The notes below the pieces were generated by a model. That model was given only the letters and a program-made list of their open reading frames with translations. It was not told the origin of the DNA and made no database searches. From Balanoglossus misakiensis (taxonomy: Eukaryota > Animalia > Hemichordata), in the NCBI GenBank assembly GCA_040954595.2, contig CM082597.2, positions 4,407,244-4,471,243 of the forward strand: 64,000 nucleotides of DNA. The letters are read 5' to 3'. How positions within the stretch are numbered: position 1 is the stretch's first letter; every line of letters starts with the position of its first letter. A program made the translations under genes and the position numbers. This document shows positions 59,300 through 64,000 of the stretch, one piece after another.

Positions 59300-59534
59300 T
59301 ACAAAGTAACAACCACATTGTTTTCAATTATGTACATTGTAGCAGTTACACTACAGTGTAATACAAAGTAACAACCACAACCTTTGCAATGATGTACATT
59401 GTAGCAGTTACACTACAGTGTAATACAAAGTAACAACCACATTGTTTGCAATGATGTACATTGCATCAGTTACACTACAGTGTAATACAAAGTAACAACC
59501 ACATCCTTTGCAATGATGTACATTGTAGCAGTTA
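59300..59534. repeat. 62-bp minisatellite, ~3.8 copies
   Basis: acaaagtaacaaccaca...atgtacattgtagcagttacactacagtgtaat starts at 59301, 59363, 59425 and 59487. Confidence 0.95.
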
Positions 59535-60211
59535 GATTATTTGTCTAGTTTTCAGACCCACAGCTGAGGGATGACATCTACATTTTAAAGTGACCTGTAG
59601 AAGCATTATTACCAGGGTTCTCAAGTCATGTAGTAATGTTTCAAACCCCTAGCAAAAATACTGTGCTGTATGTGAGCAATTCAACTTTGCCCATCAGATA
59701 AACGTTCAAGACAAATGGGGCTACTTACAACTGGATCTGATGAATAGCTCACACTCAATTGTCCATATCAAAGTAATATACTTCCAATACACGGTGAGAT
59801 TTTTATACGTACACAAATTACGTAAAATGGATGCAAAACACACACCTGAAAGAGTTATGCTACCATAACAATCTTCATGACAAATAGGCAATTACAATGT
59901 TTACATAGAGCAATTTCCACATGAAATATTTACATACAACTAACAGTAAATGCTTGGGGCATACATTTTAAAGGCACTTGGCTGTATACTGATTACAGAG
60001 ATTTTATTTTAATAACTATACTGAAAGTCTTTATTCATAAGTCTTTATTCACAGAATATATTGCTATATGGCTGGGTACCCTTCTAATTAGCTTTCGTGA
60101 ATATTTCCAAGGCGTCAGATTACAATTGCCACATAAAGGTAAACCAAGCTTCCATAGGTTAATATGCAATCATGACTGATCGATCAATAAGTGTGTCTAT
60201 CTATCCTTATC

Positions 60212-60213
<2 letters not shown>

Positions 60214-60243
<30 letters not shown>

Positions 60244-60281
60244 TGTATGTATGTATGTATGTATGTATGTATGTATGTATG
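60214..60281 (+). repeat. (TATG)n microsatellite
   Basis: Directly visible. Confidence 0.95.
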
Positions 60282-62065
60282 TACGTATCTATTTAACTAT
60301 ATATCTATATACATATATATCTTCTTCAATATAATATTTCTCAACAACACACAAAATCATAGAAGATCACTCATTAGGAACATATACTTCATTTCCTGCC
60401 TTTGAGTGACCTCCTCTCCCATGTGGTTCTGAGTCGTGTGCATCAACAAAAGATCGAAGACGTCACTCATCATTAGTGGAAAAAAAACAAAATACCGGAA
60501 AATGCACTGCACATGACACAAGATGCATTCACATTAGGGGAATGAAAGGTTCCTGCCTGTTATCTAGTGGTACACAACACAAGCCATTAGGACACCAAGG
60601 CTGATTTGATCATTGTTTGCGAAAAATCTTATCTCGGCTAATCCAATTACTGTCAGATTCAGCAGATAAATTACATTAACCTTGAGACCCTCAGTGATTC
60701 TTATCAGATCAATGGTAATGTACATTTACCTCAAATGTGAAACGACAAACACTGATGTCTAAACCACTTGACGATATCTTGAGCATCAAAACATTTGTGC
60801 AGTGTGATGTATACAACAAACACAACTTTTTATACCAATCACAATTTGCCAAGAAAGTAATAAATGAGGGGCTTTGTCCCTTTAAAGGCTTTTTAGAATT
60901 TGTGGTTGGTGTTTTTCTGTCCAAATGGTGAACAGGGAGTTATGAGAGAGACCTTAGAAATAAACAAGTACATTTATCTTGCTCATTATCCAGGAGAGTC
61001 TCAGTATAAATTGGCTGGGTAATTTCTTGTTTTTGTCTCTGGATAATTCTGAAGCTTATAATAGAAACAATGATGGAAAGGATCGCAGATAATAACTGGC
61101 TTCTTTTCTCATAAAGGTCGAATTTAAGGTCGTCATTTCCGATACTCAAATTTGATTAAATTTGGGGAGGGAGTTCATAATCAACAATTTGGTCATGTCT
61201 TCAAGATCACCTGCACAATAAACTGTTGCCAAAAGCGATTTCCTGCTCTAACTAGTCCTAATAACGCAGCCAGGGTTATGAGACACGGCAGTTTACCATT
61301 CCAATGTTCCTCTCGAAAACTTGGCAACAGCTAGTGGAGTTTATGTTATTGTTCCTCATCATGGCAACCAGCAGCGAACAACACAAGCAAACAAGGTAGG
61401 TATTTGCTGATCTGTCTGGCATTTTATGGGAGTTACAACGACTTCACAAACATCTGGTTTTTAGCAAACATGGCTTTTTTTCTGTGATTGAACCATGCTC
61501 TTAGTATACTAATTACTATGCTACAAATGGACATGTACCTGTAATAGGTTACAATATTTAAGCATTGTTAGGGCAATTGTTAGGATTTTATCAATAAATA
61601 CACAGTCCAGGGCAACCACTTTGTTCTCTCCAGGAATTTTCATGACGCATCTGCTAATTTACTAATTATAGGGGCATCTACATGTACATGTAATATCTTC
61701 CCCAACAGTTTCAATAAATATTAAAATGGATGTCTGGTTTGCCAAATAATAACACCATTCTCAAAAAGTGTGCAGCGATCCTTAGCAAGTAAAAATTCAC
61801 TTCACTTTTACATGCAACATTACATTTGTATTTGCCACAGAAGCCTTGCAACCATGAACACTGAACATCAAGAGTTAGACATTACAGCTTTACAACAGTC
61901 GCAAGGAAAGATTCAGTTGGGATTGGGTAGTTTGGAATCTGACAAAATTGACATGCTTGACATATCTCTGCTTGCAGAACATGATTTCATCAAATCCATC
62001 GACATTCATGATTCATTCTCAATTGATTTTTCATTGTAAGCCAACTTCAATAGGTACAAACATGT

Positions 62066-62260
62066 TATGTTCCAACAATTAATTATACAATAATCACAGT
62101 TACATGTATGAATGAGATTAAAACAATATCCCTTAATTGCATGTTAACATAACTAATTTAAAAAGCTAATTACACATGTTCCAACAATTAACTGTCTCAG
62201 AAATCACAGCTATAGGGAGGAAATTAAAACAATATCCCTTAATTGCATGTTAACAATAAC
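62066..62260. repeat. ~108-bp tandem duplication
   Basis: atgttccaacaattaa...aatcacag...attaaaacaatatcccttaattgcatgttaaca occurs twice. Confidence 0.85.
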
Positions 62261-64000
62261 ATCACAAATTCAAAAAGCATTTGTATTGAATACTGCAAGA
62301 TTGACTTCACTTTGAATGTATTAACTGTTGCTATGACAAGATATTTAGACGTGTGTGTTGGGTATAGTGTGGTTTGTGTGGGTACTGCATTCAAATTGAC
62401 TTCAATGGTATTTCTCGTATGCTCTGTTTCACAGGTGTCATCCTATGTAGTTTTAAAGCTTGATGCATTAGTACAGGTCACAAGTCAGATGTCACAACGT
62501 CACTACGAGGATTCTAGATAACAACGATTCAATACAACTATCAGATTATAGATGAGACAAATTGGACACAACAAATAAATAAATACACACTGCTGATCTA
62601 ATCACTCCAAACATTGCCAATGACACTTGGAACATTAAAAACATGATTACATAAATGACCGCAAAATCAAATATTGCCTATTGTTGTAAATAACGTCATA
62701 CCAGCCAGCATATTCACCAGATAAAACTAAGTGGTATTTTGTAGGTGTAGTCTGGCTGGACGTTTATTCACACTCCACATAATGTAAATCAGTGGTGGCC
62801 TATTTTTCAACTCGTAAAATCGTACACATAAAACGTAAGATATGTCGCACACTTGCTACATGTACATGTCAAACCTCCTCAAGGAAATGTAGCTAAATAT
62901 ACATCCTCCCCTTAGACACAATTATAAATGGATAAACCATTTAATAATGGGGGGAGGGGAGGGGGAAGCTGGATGAGCAAATCTATTAAAGCACAATCTA
63001 CCCCCCCCCCCCCCCCTCTAAATCTTTTTTCTCTACAATATACAGAACCTGATATAATCATAAGCAACAGAAATTCTTTATCGTCACAAACCACTTTAAG
63101 GTGATAAGGTTTTTTAACATGTGCATTTTTTTGCTCTTGTTGGAAAGAATCCAAACACACTGATTACTATATGTGCAAATATCACAACTCACCTGTTTCC
63201 TATAGGATTTTTACAACCTGGCATTTTAAAAATATTCAAACCTCTTTAGCTCAATTTTTGATCCATTTACTCATAATATTGTGGAATTATACACTGGGCA
63301 TTCAAGCCACCCTTTCCTCAGAATTCAGTAGTCCCAACATTTATGAGAAATTGTCATAAATCTGTCAAAATTCTCGCAAAATGAATAAGTAGGTTTTAGT
63401 CGTTTAAAAATCAATATCTACATACACAGCCTCCACACCTGGTCTCGAACATTAAATCGGGAAATTTCGAGAATTTTGGACCCATACATAGGAGTTAAGA
63501 CATTTAAATTGTATCTGTACATTCATACCAAACTTAGACTCTATGGATTTCAAATCACGCAACTGACTCAACCTAATTTCGGAGAAGACTTAGTCTGGAT
63601 ATTGTCACAAGTTTGATAAGGGGTACGGTAAGTTAAGCTGTAAGGGTAAACAGTGGGGGTTACACAAACATACCAGAGGATAACTTATTGCATCCTAGCT
63701 AAAATAACCACCTCTCAATATCGCGATCCCGAATGACCTTTGCCTCAGAAAACATATTTGAGTTTGTTGTCCTTCCAGATTAAACTGTTCTTGACCTGTT
63801 AGCTAAAGGAGTGGATGGGTGCATCTGATAATTTTGTTTTTGATAAACAATTATGTGCTAACAAACAACGATTCTATTGTTCGTCCCTATTGTAATGCCC
63901 TGGGCAATGTCGTCGCCCCTTTAAAACGTACACATTTTCCAATTCTGAGCAAAAGCTTATTTGGTGTGGTAGACTTGATGATGTCAAACTAACCCACTAA

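Noticed and set aside
59300-59534. Regularly spaced repeats resembling a CRISPR array
   Set aside because: Whole 62-bp units repeat with no unique spacers, in a eukaryotic intron with no cas genes. It is a minisatellite.
59729-59845. Minus-strand segment with good splice signals, upstream of the TMEM145 exons
   Set aside because: No similarity to the expected TMEM145 N-terminus (DWxFLxRFCF), and there is a stop in the frame needed to join the next exon. At most a UTR or poison exon, and unsupported.
60760-61330. Possible Penelope-like retroelement remnant (LYEKR-like motif, minus strand)
   Set aside because: Too degenerate to support without a profile search.

Overview
AT-rich, intron-rich eukaryotic DNA. 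The gene content suggests a marine invertebrate deuterostome (hemichordate-, echinoderm- or amphioxus-like); this is inference only. Most entries in the ORF track are spurious because the real genes are spliced. From left to right: (1) the last three coding exons of GPR89 (+). (2) An unusual ~1,080-aa multi-exon gene (+, ~6.7-14.8 kb) joining a degenerate GT4/GT-B glycosyltransferase-like domain, tandem-duplicated micro-exon linkers (one copy dead), a TRADD-N-like domain, a coiled coil and an NHL beta-propeller. It looks like an exon-shuffled innate-immune receptor or adaptor. (3) Four tandem, intact, 15-exon arylsulfatase B-like genes (+, 16.4-46.8 kb) with identical intron positions. (4) TMEM145 (-, 51.1-58.0 kb, 5' exons not found in the window), carrying two consecutive pairs of duplicated, probably mutually exclusive exons. 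Several MITE families, micro- and minisatellites and CTCF-like motifs are also present. All exon models were built by hand from GT-AG signals and reading-frame continuity. Family assignments come from recalled motifs, and no database searches were run.
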